The position numbers were made by a program, and so were the translations under genes. From an uncultured bacterium (GTDB taxonomy: Bacteria; Caldisericota; JANLFM01), in assembly GCA_964464245.1 (NCBI GenBank), contig CAYXFH010000012.1, forward strand, positions 1 to 14,689: a stretch of 14,689 nt of DNA. The letters run 5' to 3'. Under the pieces are notes generated by a model. It saw nothing but the letters and a program-made list of their open reading frames with translations, made no database searches and had not been told where the DNA came from. Positions within the stretch are counted from its first letter, which is position 1. Each line of letters begins with the position of its first letter. This document shows positions 14,631 to 14,689 of this stretch, piece after piece.

Positions 14631-14689
14631 ACCAACACGAGGTCAGGTTTTTCTATCTAAATTAATCGGTGGCTATCCCCAATAAAGCA

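Noticed and set aside
14437-14638. Two ~65-aa minus-strand ORFs
   Set aside because: They overlap the tRNA-Leu gene and its flanks, and are spurious.

Overview
High-GC (~62-65%) bacterial chromosomal segment. Plus strand at the 5' end: the 3' part of dnaK (cut by the window edge), an intergenic hairpin/attenuator, then dnaJ. Almost everything from ~2.3 kb to ~14.4 kb is a co-directional minus-strand gene array: yeaQ/glsB-like small membrane protein; pmbA(tldE)-tldD metalloprotease pair with a 4-nt ATGA overlap; a small 2-TM protein overlapping the end of a large DUF2207 membrane protein with a poly-Gly tail; a PurM-superfamily (AIR-synthase-related, HypE/ThiL-like) protein; a long flotillin-like SPFH/band-7 protein; a Nif3/DUF34-like gene split across two frames; and a class II (B12-dependent) ribonucleotide reductase nrdJ with a C-terminal zinc ribbon. 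A tRNA-Leu(CAG) with encoded CCA sits on the plus strand at the 3' end. No transposase, integrase or CRISPR was seen. Three things stand out. (1) A perfect palindromic element (core ATGGGGACAGATTTGAAATCTGTCCCCAT, arms 18-20 bp) occurs four times at gene boundaries. In two copies, read-through of the element supplies the C-terminal residues of the upstream ORF. (2) A ~300-bp repeat-dense region (7556-7860) holds the only AT-rich island in the window, nested 8-mer tandem repeats, 20-bp flanking direct repeats and GC-rich 25-mers. (3) An exact 19-mer, plus a second shared block, lies in the DUF2207 promoter and again inside the disrupted Nif3-like locus. Many long ORFs in the supplied track are antisense shadows of real genes, as expected at this GC content, and are not called.
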